64,000 nucleotides of DNA from positions 246,526 through 310,525 of the forward strand of contig JAUICN010000003.1 of NCBI GenBank assembly GCA_030427835.1, given 5' to 3'. The first letter of the stretch is position 1, and the number at the start of each line of letters is the position of its first letter. Below, in pieces: positions 20,007-31,908 of the stretch. A program made the translations under genes and the position numbers. The notes beneath the pieces were generated by a model. The model was not told where the DNA came from, searched no databases, and saw nothing but the letters and a program-made list of their open reading frames with translations. This stretch comes from Polyangia bacterium (GTDB taxonomy: Bacteria; Myxococcota_A; Polyangia; Polyangiales; JAUICN01).

Positions 20007-22655
20007 CTAGAGAGTAGCCGCCACCTCCTTCTCCCGGTAACACTCAAGCACGTCGCTTGGCTTTAGGTCACTAAACCCTTCCAAGCTGATTCCACATTCA
20101 AACCCGGTCGTCACCTCTTTCACGTCATCCTTAAAACGACGCAGGGAGCCGAGACTACCCTCCCACACCTGCACAGAATCTCGCAGGAGTCGAACCTTCG
20201 AGTTACGTACAATCTTTCCATCAAGCACGTAGCAACCTGCAATCATTCCCAGCTTAGGAATGTGGAACGTCTCGCGGACCTCGGCGCGGCCCAAATCCTC
20301 CGCCACGATGGTGGGCGCAAGCAAACCTGCCATGGCCTTCTTCACGTCATCCAATGCCTCGTAGATGATGCGGTACGTACGCACCTCCACGCCTTCCTTC
20401 TTTGCCATGGCCTTGGCCTGGCCCGCAGGGCGTACGTTGAACCCGATGACAATGGCGTTGGAAGCCGTCGCCAGCATCACGTCGTTTTCCGTAATCCCAC
20501 CCACGCCGGTGTGGATCACGTTGACCTTCACCTTTTCCGTAGAAAGTTCCGAAAGGGATTTTACAAGGGCCTCGATCGTTCCCTGCACGTCCGCCTTCAC
20601 CACCAGCTTCAGTTCAGCCACCTCAGCGGACTGCATCATTTGGTAGATCTGATCCAATCCACGGGGGGCGCCCACAGGGCGGACCGCCGAAGGACCGGTT
20701 TGGGATTCCGCAACGGATTGTGCCCGCCTTGCGTCGGTCACCACGTACAAGGAATCTCCCGCACCAGGCATGGAAGAAAGACCAAGGACCTCCACCGGGG
20801 TGGATGGAGGCGCGGCGCGAAGCTGCTTGCCCCGATCATCCGTCATGGCCCGAACGCGTCCCCAGGCGGACCCGACCACCACGTGGTCGCCGGCGTTCAG
20901 TGTACCCACCTTCACCAAAACATTGGCCACCGGCCCACGCCCACGATCCAGGTACGCCTCAAGCACCACGCCCTCACCAGGAATTCCTGGGTTCGCACGA
21001 AGATCCAACAGCTCGGATTGCAGGGCGACCGCCTCCAGGAGTTTTTCCACCCCAGTTCCTGTAACGGCACTGCAGTCCACGAAAATCACGTCACCGCCCC
21101 ATTCCTCAGGCTGCAACCCTTCTGCCGCCATGGCGTTTCGAATGGCTTCGGGCTTGGAGTCCGGACGGTCGATTTTGTTGACCGCAACCACAATCGGCAC
21201 CCCGGCAGCCTTCGCATGGTTGATGGCCTCACGGGTCTGGGGCATCACCCCATCGTCGGCCGCCACCACAAGAATCACCACATCGGTGGCGGACGCGCCA
21301 CGGGCGCGCATGGAAGTGAACGCTTCGTGGCCAGGCGTATCCAGAAATACAATGGGGCCGTGGGGAGTATCCACCCGATAGGCTCCGATGTGCTGGGTAA
21401 TACCTCCGGCCTCACCACCGGCCACATCCGCACGGCGAATACGATCCAGAAGTGAAGTCTTTCCATGATCCACGTGACCCATCACCGTCACCACCGGGGC
21501 GCGAGTGATGCGATCCTCTTCCACGTCGGCGAAGGTACCGCGGGCGGCCTCCACGATCTCCTCGGTGGATCGGGCAACGTTCTCCACTTCGTAGCCAAAC
21601 TCACTGGCGATGATCTTGGCGGTATCGGTATCCAGAGTGCTGTTGATGTGAATGTGCCCCACGCCCATTTCCATGAGCTTCATGAGCAAATCAGTGGATT
21701 TCAGGCTCATGCGCTGGGCAAGCACCTGAACCTGAATCTGATCCTCGATCCGAATCACGCGCTTCTGTGCGCTGGGCACCGTAATCTCGGTGGATTTACC
21801 TTTCTTGCCTGGCACCATGCGACGCTTGGAGGGGCGTCCCGTCGAACGTCCAGCCTGACGCCCAATGGGCCCCAGGGCGGCGCGACCCAGTTCCCGACGA
21901 CGGGGAGCTTCCACCCGCCGTTGCTGGGCATGTTCGGTGACAATCCGTTGCTTGGTGGCTTCAGAAAGGGGCTGCGCACTGGGAGCCATGGTATCGCCAC
22001 GGGTCACCACACCGGGTGGCAACGCCGCACGCCTCCGAGGGGGCTCCGGAACGGGCTCGGGCTCGGGTGCCGGGCCGCGGGAGGTCGGCGAACCTTGATT
22101 ACGGCGCGTGGGTCCTCGATCACCCATGGAGGGAGGCACCACGTCTGCCATGGACTTGGGCTCGTCTGCGACCGGCTCCTTTTCAGACACCTTGGACTCC
22201 ACAGCCGAAGCTCCCGGAACCGATTCCACAGCCCCTTCGGAAGCAGAAGCCTCTTTCACCGAAGACACGGGATCCGCGGCAACCCCTTCGCTCAATGAAG
22301 GAGATGAGGGGGGTGAGGCTACGGGAGCCCCTGCAACGCCCGCTTCGGCAGCAACCGCCGCATCGGCTGCTGCAGCCACCGGCTCCGTTACCTCAGGGGC
22401 CGATTCCACCACCTCTGGCTCCGGGGCAGGCTTCTTAGCGCGCCTACGCACCACGGTGGGACGAATACGTTCTTCCACCACGTGCTTTGTTTCACGCTTT
22501 TGCTTTAAGGCCGCTTTCACACGGTCCACCTCTGCATCCTCAAGCACACTCATATGATTGCGAACCGCAATCCCCATGGCGGAGATGCGTTGCACCAACT
22601 CACGGTTTGAAATGTCCAGCTCTCGGGCTACTTCGTACACACGAACCTTGCTCAT
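20007..22655 (-). CDS. infB: Translation initiation factor IF-2
   Basis: GHVDHGKT, GGITQHIGA, DTPGHEAF, NKID. Confidence 0.99.
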   Translation of the reverse strand: MSKVRVYEVARELDISNRELVQRISAMGIAVRNHMSVLEDAEVDRVKAALKQKRETKHVVEERIRPTVVRRRAKKPAPEPEVVESAPEVTEPVAAAADAAVAAEAGVAGAPVASPPSSPSLSEGVAADPVSSVKEASASEGAVESVPGASAVESKVSEKEPVADEPKSMADVVPPSMGDRGPTRRNQGSPTSRGPAPEPEPVPEPPRRRAALPPGVVTRGDTMAPSAQPLSEATKQRIVTEHAQQRRVEAPRRRELGRAALGPIGRQAGRSTGRPSKRRMVPGKKGKSTEITVPSAQKRVIRIEDQIQVQVLAQRMSLKSTDLLMKLMEMGVGHIHINSTLDTDTAKIIASEFGYEVENVARSTEEIVEAARGTFADVEEDRITRAPVVTVMGHVDHGKTSLLDRIRRADVAGGEAGGITQHIGAYRVDTPHGPIVFLDTPGHEAFTSMRARGASATDVVILVVAADDGVMPQTREAINHAKAAGVPIVVAVNKIDRPDSKPEAIRNAMAAEGLQPEEWGGDVIFVDCSAVTGTGVEKLLEAVALQSELLDLRANPGIPGEGVVLEAYLDRGRGPVANVLVKVGTLNAGDHVVVGSAWGRVRAMTDDRGKQLRAAPPSTPVEVLGLSSMPGAGDSLYVVTDARRAQSVAESQTGPSAVRPVGAPRGLDQIYQMMQSAEVAELKLVVKADVQGTIEALVKSLSELSTEKVKVNVIHTGVGGITENDVMLATASNAIVIGFNVRPAGQAKAMAKKEGVEVRTYRIIYEALDDVKKAMAGLLAPTIVAEDLGRAEVRETFHIPKLGMIAGCYVLDGKIVRNSKVRLLRDSVQVWEGSLGSLRRFKDDVKEVTTGFECGISLEGFSDLKPSDVLECYREKEVAATL

Positions 22656-22702
22656 GCGGCCTCCCCAATCTGTTGTAACGTCATCATCATCATCCGAATT
22701 CC

Positions 22703-24544
22703 CTAGGCCGTTTCTCCAGCGCTGGGGCTTTCCGCAGGGGAACCAACGGTCGATTCTGGAGCCCCATCCACGCCGCCGCCGGATACATCGGAAGCACTCC
22801 CATCCTTGGCAGTCCCGTTTTCTGCAGCAGCGCCCTCGGCACTGGCTTTCACAGCAGCCTCTGCCTGGGCAACCAACGTTTCCTCAAGCGCCCGCTGACG
22901 GGCATCCTCCCGGGCCTGGGCCTCCTCGGCTTCCAGGCGAACACGAAGTACGTCCTGCGCATCTCCGATAGCGGGCCACTCCTCTTCCAGGAACTTGCGC
23001 GCACCTTCCTGAATATCTTCCACCTGTTGGGCACTCAATCGGCTGCGAAGTGCAAGCCTGTCCGGGTCTCCCTCGTCACAGACACTCTCCACGGTTCGGT
23101 ACCCCGCCGCTTCCAATAGCTCCGCAATACGACGGTTCACGCCCTGCACCAGGGTCAGGATCTCGTGATCTCCAAGCAGCTCCTCAGAAGTGACCGCGGC
23201 CCGAAGGCGATCCTGCCGGATGGCTTCCGTGGCCTCAATCGCGTGGGAACGAACGGCATCCACTTCCGCTTCACTCACACCCGTCACTTCTACCAACTCA
23301 GAGGTGGGCGCGTTGGCGACCTCCTCCAGGCTTCGGAAGCCTGCCTTGTACAATCGCTTGGCAAACTCCTCATCGCTTCCTTCAATCCGACCAAACGCGG
23401 CAAGCGCTTCCTCTTCCATGAGCTTGAACCTGGATTCACTGACGATATCCAAACGCCAACCTGTCAGCTGAGACGCAAGCCGTACGTTCTGGCCCCGGCG
23501 CCCAATGGCCAGGGAAAGTTTGGCGTCAGGAACCACAAGTTCCATGGCTGTGTTCGCTTCGTCGATCACCACCCGAACCACCTCAGCGGGCGCAATCGCG
23601 TTGCAAACGAATCGAGCGGGATCCCGGTCCCAGGGAACAATATCTATTTTTTCCCCGCGAAGTTCCTGCACCACCGCCTGAACCCTGGACCCTTTCATGC
23701 CCACGCAGGCACCCACCGGATCCACGTCCGTATCCCGGCTTGAAACACCAATCTTGGATCGCGCACCAGGTTCACGGGCGGCCGAAACGATACGAACAAT
23801 GCCCTCATAGATTTCAGGCACTTCCATCTCGAACAACTTCACCAGAAGATCCACGTGGGTTCGACTCAGCATGAGTTGAGGACCACGGGCCTCCCGATCA
23901 ATGTCTTTCAAAAGGGCCACAATCCGATCGCCAGGTCGGTAGTTCTCCCGGGGAGTTTGCTCCTTGGGGCCAAGCACCGCTTCCACGTTACGCCCCAAAT
24001 CCACAATGATGTTGTTTCCCCGCTCAAACCGTCGCACCACCCCAGTGATGACTTCGCCCTTACGATCCTTGTACTCGTCGTGGATCCGGTCCCGTTCTGC
24101 GTCACGTACCCGCTGAATGATCACCTGCTTGGCCGTTTGCGCCGCAATGCGACCAAAACCCCGGCGATGCTGCCGCATCTGCAAAAGGTCACCGAACTCC
24201 CGATCCTGTTCCCGTGCACGGTCGGCATCATCCGGCATGTAAAACACCTGAAAGCCCAACTCTTCACCCACCTCGGATTCAAGGCCGACCCGACTGGCGT
24301 CGTCAGTGGAGATCTCCCGCTCCGAATCCTCCACCTCGGCAGACACAGTCATGTACTGAAAGAGGTCCACGGCGCCGGTTTCCTCGTTGTAGCGAGCCTC
24401 AAGTTCCCGGTTGAGACCAAAGGTACGCTTTGCGGCCGTCAGAATCGCCTGCTCCATGGCTTCCACTAGGATCTTAGGATCAATCCCTTTTTCCTGACTC
24501 ACTTGCTCGATTACATTTTGAAGCGAAAAACCACTCTGTTGCAT
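22703..24544 (-). CDS. nusA: Transcription termination/antitermination factor NusA with extended C-terminus
   Basis: [42 protein letters not shown]. Confidence 0.98.
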   Translation of the reverse strand: MQQSGFSLQNVIEQVSQEKGIDPKILVEAMEQAILTAAKRTFGLNRELEARYNEETGAVDLFQYMTVSAEVEDSEREISTDDASRVGLESEVGEELGFQVFYMPDDADRAREQDREFGDLLQMRQHRRGFGRIAAQTAKQVIIQRVRDAERDRIHDEYKDRKGEVITGVVRRFERGNNIIVDLGRNVEAVLGPKEQTPRENYRPGDRIVALLKDIDREARGPQLMLSRTHVDLLVKLFEMEVPEIYEGIVRIVSAAREPGARSKIGVSSRDTDVDPVGACVGMKGSRVQAVVQELRGEKIDIVPWDRDPARFVCNAIAPAEVVRVVIDEANTAMELVVPDAKLSLAIGRRGQNVRLASQLTGWRLDIVSESRFKLMEEEALAAFGRIEGSDEEFAKRLYKAGFRSLEEVANAPTSELVEVTGVSEAEVDAVRSHAIEATEAIRQDRLRAAVTSEELLGDHEILTLVQGVNRRIAELLEAAGYRTVESVCDEGDPDRLALRSRLSAQQVEDIQEGARKFLEEEWPAIGDAQDVLRVRLEAEEAQAREDARQRALEETLVAQAEAAVKASAEGAAAENGTAKDGSASDVSGGGVDGAPESTVGSPAESPSAGETA

Positions 24545-24595
24545 TGTCTTCTTCTTCCTCCGTCGGCCCCTGACAGTTCAGGATCCGACCATCGC

Positions 24596-25282
24596 TCAGG
24601 TTCCTGTACGACGGTTCTTGTTTGCCCCGGTGTTCTTTTTTTTCAACCCAGCGTGTCCGGGACGCTGAACCTCTTTGAAACGGTACACAAGGTGAGCCTT
24701 CTGCACCTGCTCTAGGGGAATCGCCACCTCTTGGCCATCCACCTCCATACAAATCTGCCCAGCCTCGAAGCCCCGAAGGATCCCGGTGAACTGACGGCGG
24801 TCACTCAAACCTTGAAAGGAAAGCACCAATCCCGTGGCGATATGGGCTTCCCGACCCGCAAACCGCACGTAGTCTTCTGCCCGAACCAGGGGGCGTTCAA
24901 GCCCCGGGGACGTCACTTCCAGGGAATACTTTTCCGGCAGGCCGGGCACCTCCTGCACATCCAACAGGGTCGAAATATCACGGCTCACCCGGCTGCAATG
25001 CTGCAACGTAACCGATCCCACCTGGCCCACATTCGCTGAAGCAAGCGCGCTTTTGGGTTCACTGGAAGGTTCCGAAGTCTCCGTTTCAACCGCAAGGTCC
25101 CGTACGTCCACGCCCTGCGCCGAAGGTGCCTTCGAAGGGTCGGGAAGATCGATCATGACCTGCAACACGTGCCGCCCGGCCGAGGAGGTTTGACGTACGA
25201 GCACCAGGTCCACCCCGTGGGCTGCACACACGGGAAGAATCAGGTTCTCCAGGGGTCGAAGATTTTCGGCAGGGGCTAACAT
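24596..25282 (-). CDS. rimP: Ribosome maturation factor RimP
   Basis: CSRVSR, YSLEVTSPGLERPL; first gene of the nusA operon. Start at 25282 or 25309. Confidence 0.93.
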   Translation of the reverse strand: MLAPAENLRPLENLILPVCAAHGVDLVLVRQTSSAGRHVLQVMIDLPDPSKAPSAQGVDVRDLAVETETSEPSSEPKSALASANVGQVGSVTLQHCSRVSRDISTLLDVQEVPGLPEKYSLEVTSPGLERPLVRAEDYVRFAGREAHIATGLVLSFQGLSDRRQFTGILRGFEAGQICMEVDGQEVAIPLEQVQKAHLVYRFKEVQRPGHAGLKKKNTGANKNRRTGT

Positions 25283-25375
25283 GGCAAAAAGGGCAGTACT
25301 GACGGGCACAAATTGGGTGTATCTTGGTCCAGAATCCGGTAAGCGATGGAACGCCTCCGCATCCCATGCCAGCCC

Positions 25376-25450
25376 AGAAAAACAACATTCCGGAAAACAA
25401 GCTTTCGGAACATCACGTCCCGAAGAACAACGTTCCCAGGGAATACCTCT
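25376..25450. repeat. Degenerate 15-bp periodic repeat (about 5 units) in the intergenic region upstream of rimP
   Basis: cagaaaaacaacatt ccggaaaacaagctt tcggaacatcacgtc ccgaagaacaacgtt cccagggaatacctc. Confidence 0.55.
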
Positions 25451-25666
25451 CCCTGCACCAAAGGCTCCGCATAGGACGGAACCAGGAACGTCACCCCCAG
25501 AAACACAAAACGGCGAACACTGGGTCCGCCGTCATCGAAATTTCCGAAGCTGGCAGCGAACGGGTACCACACCGGCTACCTGCCTGCAACGTGGCCCATC
25601 ACTCCGTGCCCCGACGCCCGGGCAGTTACCGGTACCCGTGGGCAGTTGCGAGTACGGGGCACCCCC

Positions 25667-27124
25667 ATGGACACTAGGGCAAACCCCGGCAAATCCAGAC
25701 GTCGAACCCCAAACCCATGGGTGCCGTGGCTGTGGGCCGTGGTGGCTTCCGCTACCGTTCACGGCGGGGGCGCGGCGACCCTTTGGTTGACCGCCCCGCC
25801 GGATCTGGACCTGCAATTTGAGCGCCCCCAATTCATCGAACTGGGCTTTGTGGAGGCCGCGCCAGAACCGCCCCCCCCAACCGAGGAACCCAGCTCAGCA
25901 TCCCCAACCCCCGTGCCCACAACTCCCAAAGGGAACCCACCACAACGCCCGAACCGACGGACGGCGCCAAAAAGGTCCGCTCCGGCACCCCCACCCGTAC
26001 CCCCAGAAACAGCTCCAGCCCCTGAGGAAACCCAGCCTGAACCCCCAAACGAAAACGAGTCCAGCGCACAAATCCAGCCCCTGGTGAAGCTGCCAGGCAA
26101 GGCGTTTGTGGCCATCCGTCTCGATCTTGGGCCGCTGCACGACATGCCAGGAATACGGAACAACCTGCTCGCATTCGTCAAAACCCTGCCCCACACCGAG
26201 ACGTTGCTTTCTGCCCCGGGCATGGAGCCCCTCATCTCTAGGGTACTGTTGCTTTCACCCACGCTCCGGTACGAACACACCTACGCCTGGATTGAAACCA
26301 ATGCCCCGGACACCAGCGGAACCATGTTGGCCCTGTGGAAATCACGGCTTGCTGAACATGTGGAAATCACGCCGATCACCCCACAACAATTCCTCATCGG
26401 AACCCCGGGCCCCACAGCAAACAGAATCAAACGGTGGTTGAGCACCCAGCCCCTGGATACCCCCACCGCCCCCCAGGGGGCAACCGACAAGGAAACACCA
26501 GTCAACGCCGCCCCGCGTGAACAAAGCAACCCACACGAACAAAGCAACCCAGACGAACAAAACCCCACGGACGAATACCCCATCGCTCAAGGCCCCACCC
26601 CTCAGGAGGCCGCCGACAAGGACACCGTGGTGCGAATTCAGTGGCTGGGCCTGGAACACTTCTTCCGCGGCAGCGGTACAGCACGGGCCCTAGAGGGAGA
26701 AGTGCGATGGAACGGGGGACAATTTCTGCTGCACACCCGTGGTGTCTACCCAACCGCAGAAGCGGCCCAAACCGCGCGTGCCTACTGGGAAGGAGCCAAA
26801 CGTAAGTACGGGAGCGACATTCGATTGCAGCTTACGGGCATGTCGGGCCCCATCCTGAACACGGAAGTGGAGGTAGTGGACACCACACTCAAGGCCACCA
26901 CCACACTCACTTCCGCCCAATTGCGCTTGGTTCTCAGCATGCTGAGTCCCTTTGTTGGGCAGCTGATTCATCCACCCGAGCCAGCTACCCCAACCGCAAA
27001 CATTTCACCAACGGGTAGCCCTCCAGCTGGCAATTCAGCAATTGGCACGACAGATGCTGAATTGAAAACGCCCCCACCCGAAGGCAGAGGCGATTCAAAC
27101 CACATCGTGGATACCGAACAGTGA
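25667..27124 (+). CDS. Membrane-anchored protein with TonB/TolA-like N-terminus, Pro-rich linker and unknown C-terminal domain
   Basis: TM WLWAVVASATVH (SxxxH), Pro/Glu-rich linker, then a globular-looking region. Confidence 0.7.
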   Translation: MDTRANPGKSRRRTPNPWVPWLWAVVASATVHGGGAATLWLTAPPDLDLQFERPQFIELGFVEAAPEPPPPTEEPSSASPTPVPTTPKGNPPQRPNRRTAPKRSAPAPPPVPPETAPAPEETQPEPPNENESSAQIQPLVKLPGKAFVAIRLDLGPLHDMPGIRNNLLAFVKTLPHTETLLSAPGMEPLISRVLLLSPTLRYEHTYAWIETNAPDTSGTMLALWKSRLAEHVEITPITPQQFLIGTPGPTANRIKRWLSTQPLDTPTAPQGATDKETPVNAAPREQSNPHEQSNPDEQNPTDEYPIAQGPTPQEAADKDTVVRIQWLGLEHFFRGSGTARALEGEVRWNGGQFLLHTRGVYPTAEAAQTARAYWEGAKRKYGSDIRLQLTGMSGPILNTEVEVVDTTLKATTTLTSAQLRLVLSMLSPFVGQLIHPPEPATPTANISPTGSPPAGNSAIGTTDAELKTPPPEGRGDSNHIVDTEQ

Positions 27125-27125
27125 A

Positions 27126-27446
27126 CTACTGAACGAGATCCTTCAGCTTCTTCAGGGGTGTGGCACGCACCTTTTTGTGTGCGGGCTTGCCCTTGATGGT
27201 GGTCTTTTCACCGGTGAAGGGGTTGATTCCGTCACGGTCCTTGGTGGCCTTCACGCTCTTGCACTTAAGCTTGAGCAGGTCCGGCAACACAAACTCCCCG
27301 GGACCACGTCGGCCCAGCTCGCGCTTGATCAGATCACGGACCGAATCAAATACGAGCCCCACGTCCTTCTTGGTGAGTCCTGTCCTCTCCGAGAGTTCGC
27401 TGTAAATTTGTGCCTTTGTCATACGCTTGGCGGTCGCAGTTGCCAT
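27126..27446 (-). CDS. HU-family DNA-binding protein
   Basis: MTKAQIYSEL, GINPFTGE; AAGGAGG RBS upstream of ATG 27446. Confidence 0.92.
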   Translation of the reverse strand: MATATAKRMTKAQIYSELSERTGLTKKDVGLVFDSVRDLIKRELGRRGPGEFVLPDLLKLKCKSVKATKDRDGINPFTGEKTTIKGKPAHKKVRATPLKKLKDLVQ

Positions 27447-27619
27447 GATCGATTGCCTCCTTAAAATACTCTTGTTTTGGCTTACTTCTGGCCTGGTTTT
27501 TAAGCCACACCGTCTGTTTCGCGGCATTCTATGCATCTCCAAAACGAGCGTGACAAGGGAAATTCAATGAAAAACGTGGATTTCTAGCGGCAAACACCCC
27601 CAAAACGACCACCCGCACA

Positions 27620-28081
27620 CTATTTAGCGATCCCAGGGCCCATTCTAGGGATCCCCGCGGATGCCAAAATCAGGTCCGTTCGCGATCGCATCCGCCGATC
27701 CTCATCCTCGGTTTGGTGGTCCAACCCCAGCAGATGTAGCAACCCGTGGGCCATCAAATGGGCGACTTCGGTCACGATCGGAACCCCATGCGCCGCCGCC
27801 TGACGTCGGGCGGTGGGCAGGGACACCACCACGTCTCCAAGCGCGTGCACCTCCCCACCCCCCAGGGGCTCCCCCTGGGGAAACGCCAGCACGTCGGTGG
27901 GTCGGTCCTTGCCACGGTAATCCCGGTTCAACTCCTGAATCCATGGGTCCCCACACAGCACCACGGACCACTCGGCGTGCCCGAGCCCCAGGGCCACCAA
28001 CATGGCCTCCCCACGTCGGCGCACCACCGCGGGATCCACCGACCGGGTCCCAAGTCCCCGTGTTTGCAGTATCACCGACAC
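27620..28081 (-). CDS. ybeY: rRNA maturation endoribonuclease YbeY
   Basis: LNRDYRGKDRPTDVLAFP, LGDVV, HGLLHLLGLDH. Confidence 0.96.
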   Translation of the reverse strand: MSVILQTRGLGTRSVDPAVVRRRGEAMLVALGLGHAEWSVVLCGDPWIQELNRDYRGKDRPTDVLAFPQGEPLGGGEVHALGDVVVSLPTARRQAAAHGVPIVTEVAHLMAHGLLHLLGLDHQTEDEDRRMRSRTDLILASAGIPRMGPGIAK

Positions 28082-28157
28082 AAGAACTCTCCCTTACCCA
28101 CCGAAGACCCGTTCGTCCACCTTGACCCTCCAAACGAATCAGGTACCGACTCACCCC

Positions 28158-29423
28158 ATGTCTACCCCTCCCGTGATCCTTTTGGTGGATCCCCTACTCG
28201 AAGCCAGCTACCAGCGCGCCCTTTCCCGCCTGGATTTGGAACCCATGTCTGTCGGGGAGTTCTCCAAACGAGAGACTCCCATGGACCCGGCACCCATTGT
28301 GGTATGGAACTCCCAGCAGCCAGAACACGTCGATATCGCCCAACACCTGCGCGAGCAGGGACTGCGAATCGTTGGCCGTTCCACCGATGACATCGCAAGG
28401 CTCCAGGACATCAAGCAGCAACGCACCCTTGTCCGCCAGGAGGGCCTGGGCGCGCTCGATCCAGACACTCCGTTGGCGGTAAACGGATCCAACGATCCCC
28501 AGCCCCAGCGGCAACTTCACATCACGTGCCTTGTCCACGCAGCCGAAAATCCCACCAAGAAAACAAAGGAAGGAACGCCAGAAGAGCCGCAAGGATCCGG
28601 CGAGGACTCGGTCACCGTGACCACCTGGCGCGAGTGCGAGTCCATGGGCCCACTCAACTGCCCGTGGGTCGTGGAATCCCCCACCCCGTGGCTGGCCTAC
28701 CACGACCAGGACGAACACGTGCGACAGGAACTCCACGCAGATGTGGAGCGCATGGCCCAGGCGAGCCAGATCCATGGCTTGATCACAGCGAACCTCATCC
28801 TCGGTCACAACGACACCATGGCATTCAGCCACTGGTCCATTCCAAGTGCCCCCGTTTTGCTTGCCAACGAAATGTCCGCAGGCACCCACCCACTGGAGGT
28901 GGTGCTGGCCAAGGAGGGGCTCATCCCGGAAACCCAAGTCCCCCCCCACCTCCGACCGGGGCACGTCACCGTGAGCTGCGTGACCGCCGAGGTCTCTTCC
29001 GACCCACCCTCGTCCATTCAAATGCCACCCGCATCCGGCGCCCGCGTCCGACTGCAACATCTGCACCCCACGACCGAAACCGAATTCAATCAAAAGGGCG
29101 CAGAGGTACAGCAAAAGACAGACAAGAAGGCACCCAGCGAGAAAAAAGCAGGTAAAAAATCAACCGACAAAAAGGCAGACGCCCAAAAGGCAGACGACAG
29201 AAAAGAAGCCCCGAAAACACCCGCGGGCCAAACCGGCCCCTACGCGTTGATCAGTACCCAGGGGCGCACACGCCTAAGGACCAACCTGCTGTTGGACCGC
29301 GCATTGGCCGGAGCCCAGAGCGAACCGGCCCTGCAAAACATCCAGGCCCTGCGCCGCTGGATCAATCACCACGCCTACCGGGCCGGGCAAATGTCCATGA
29401 ACCATGTGGGCGACGCCTCCTGA
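28158..29423 (+). CDS. Degenerate biotin carboxylase-like (ATP-grasp-derived) protein
   Basis: Collinear remnants of biotin carboxylase motifs (see findings) with the catalytic motifs missing; ORF intact. Confidence 0.65.
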   Translation: MSTPPVILLVDPLLEASYQRALSRLDLEPMSVGEFSKRETPMDPAPIVVWNSQQPEHVDIAQHLREQGLRIVGRSTDDIARLQDIKQQRTLVRQEGLGALDPDTPLAVNGSNDPQPQRQLHITCLVHAAENPTKKTKEGTPEEPQGSGEDSVTVTTWRECESMGPLNCPWVVESPTPWLAYHDQDEHVRQELHADVERMAQASQIHGLITANLILGHNDTMAFSHWSIPSAPVLLANEMSAGTHPLEVVLAKEGLIPETQVPPHLRPGHVTVSCVTAEVSSDPPSSIQMPPASGARVRLQHLHPTTETEFNQKGAEVQQKTDKKAPSEKKAGKKSTDKKADAQKADDRKEAPKTPAGQTGPYALISTQGRTRLRTNLLLDRALAGAQSEPALQNIQALRRWINHHAYRAGQMSMNHVGDAS

Positions 29424-29497
29424 GCAAAAGCCAGACGAAAAAGCCAGACGAAAAACCCGGACACACTCCCGCTCTATTCAACGAAAAGGTCCGTATC

Positions 29498-30793
<1,296 letters not shown>

Positions 30794-30927
30794 TTAGCAG
30801 GCCGACCCACACACGCCACCTTTGCCGGTCGCCGCAACACCGATTGACGGCATCCGCACCCCTGGCATCAGGCCCCCCTTTTCTTCCCATCTGGAGTTGC
30901 TACCGTGGGTGCTCCTACGGGCCTTTT

Positions 30928-31860
30928 ATGTTTTCCACCCTTTTTACCGCAGCACTCCATATTCAACTCACCATCCCCTGGTTCCGTGCAGAACCCTGGG
31001 AAATTCCCATCCCAGGAATCGGCACACTCCCCATTCAGCCCTTCGGCGTGCTGGTAGCCACCGGTGTGTTGCTGGGCGCCCGGGTCGCCGAGGTCTGGGG
31101 CAAACACAACGGCATCGCGCCCGAGGTGGTGTCTGACCTCATTGGGCACGTGATGATCGTGGCATTTCTCTGCGCCTATTTTCTCAATGCGGTCTTCTAC
31201 CACCCGGAAAGGGTCGCAAAAATCATCGAGGATCCGGGCATGTTGCTCACCCGTGAGGGCTACCTGGGCCTGTCCTCCTACGGCGGATTCCTGGGCGCCA
31301 CCCTGGGTCTGTTGATTTGGAAATGGCGCCGCAAGCACTCCATGATGGTGGTGGGCGACGGGCTGGTGTTCGCCTTTCCCTTTGGTTGGCTTTTTGGTCG
31401 CACAGGATGTTTTGTCACCCACGACCACCCCGGAACCCCCACTTCCTTCTTTCTCGGGGTGGAAGAATACCGGGTGGGCATGCCCCCCTTTGTAACCCGC
31501 CACGACCTGGGCCTCTACGAAGTGATCTGGTGCGCGGCGACCATCGCAATTCTCCTATTGCTCGCAAAAAAACGTCGCAAGGCAGGCTTCTACATCGGCC
31601 TTGTGCCCATGATGTACGCGCCCATCCGGTTCTTTCTGGATTTCCTACGGGCCGTACCGGCAGACGGCGGCGACGTTCGTTACGGCGGGCTCACACCAGG
31701 CCAGTGGGGCTCCATTGCCCTCTTCCTCACGGGGCTCGCAGTGTTCATTGTCCACCGTCGGCTCGATTTTCCCGTGGACAAGGAAATCGCCCTGGAGACC
31801 CCTTCCCACCCCAGCCCCAAAAAGCCAGGATCGAAAAAGCCCGGTAAAAAGCGGTCCTGA
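30928..31860 (+). CDS. lgt: Prolipoprotein diacylglyceryl transferase family protein
   Basis: GLSSYGG, FGRTGCF, RHDLGLYE, RFFLDFLR, TPGQW; multiple TM segments. Confidence 0.88.
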   Translation: MFSTLFTAALHIQLTIPWFRAEPWEIPIPGIGTLPIQPFGVLVATGVLLGARVAEVWGKHNGIAPEVVSDLIGHVMIVAFLCAYFLNAVFYHPERVAKIIEDPGMLLTREGYLGLSSYGGFLGATLGLLIWKWRRKHSMMVVGDGLVFAFPFGWLFGRTGCFVTHDHPGTPTSFFLGVEEYRVGMPPFVTRHDLGLYEVIWCAATIAILLLLAKKRRKAGFYIGLVPMMYAPIRFFLDFLRAVPADGGDVRYGGLTPGQWGSIALFLTGLAVFIVHRRLDFPVDKEIALETPSHPSPKKPGSKKPGKKRS

Positions 31861-31908
31861 GCCAAAGGGCAGTTCCAGGAACGGCGCAAACGCCCTATCC
31901 TCACCCAT

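Noticed and set aside
22681-22694. (TCA)4 microsatellite between nusA and infB
   Set aside because: Too short to distinguish from chance or minor slippage.
834-24469. Long antisense or alternate-frame ORFs such as 834-1805, 4376-5644, 12974-14098 and 20262-21455
   Set aside because: They shadow well-supported genes in GC-rich DNA and carry no motifs.
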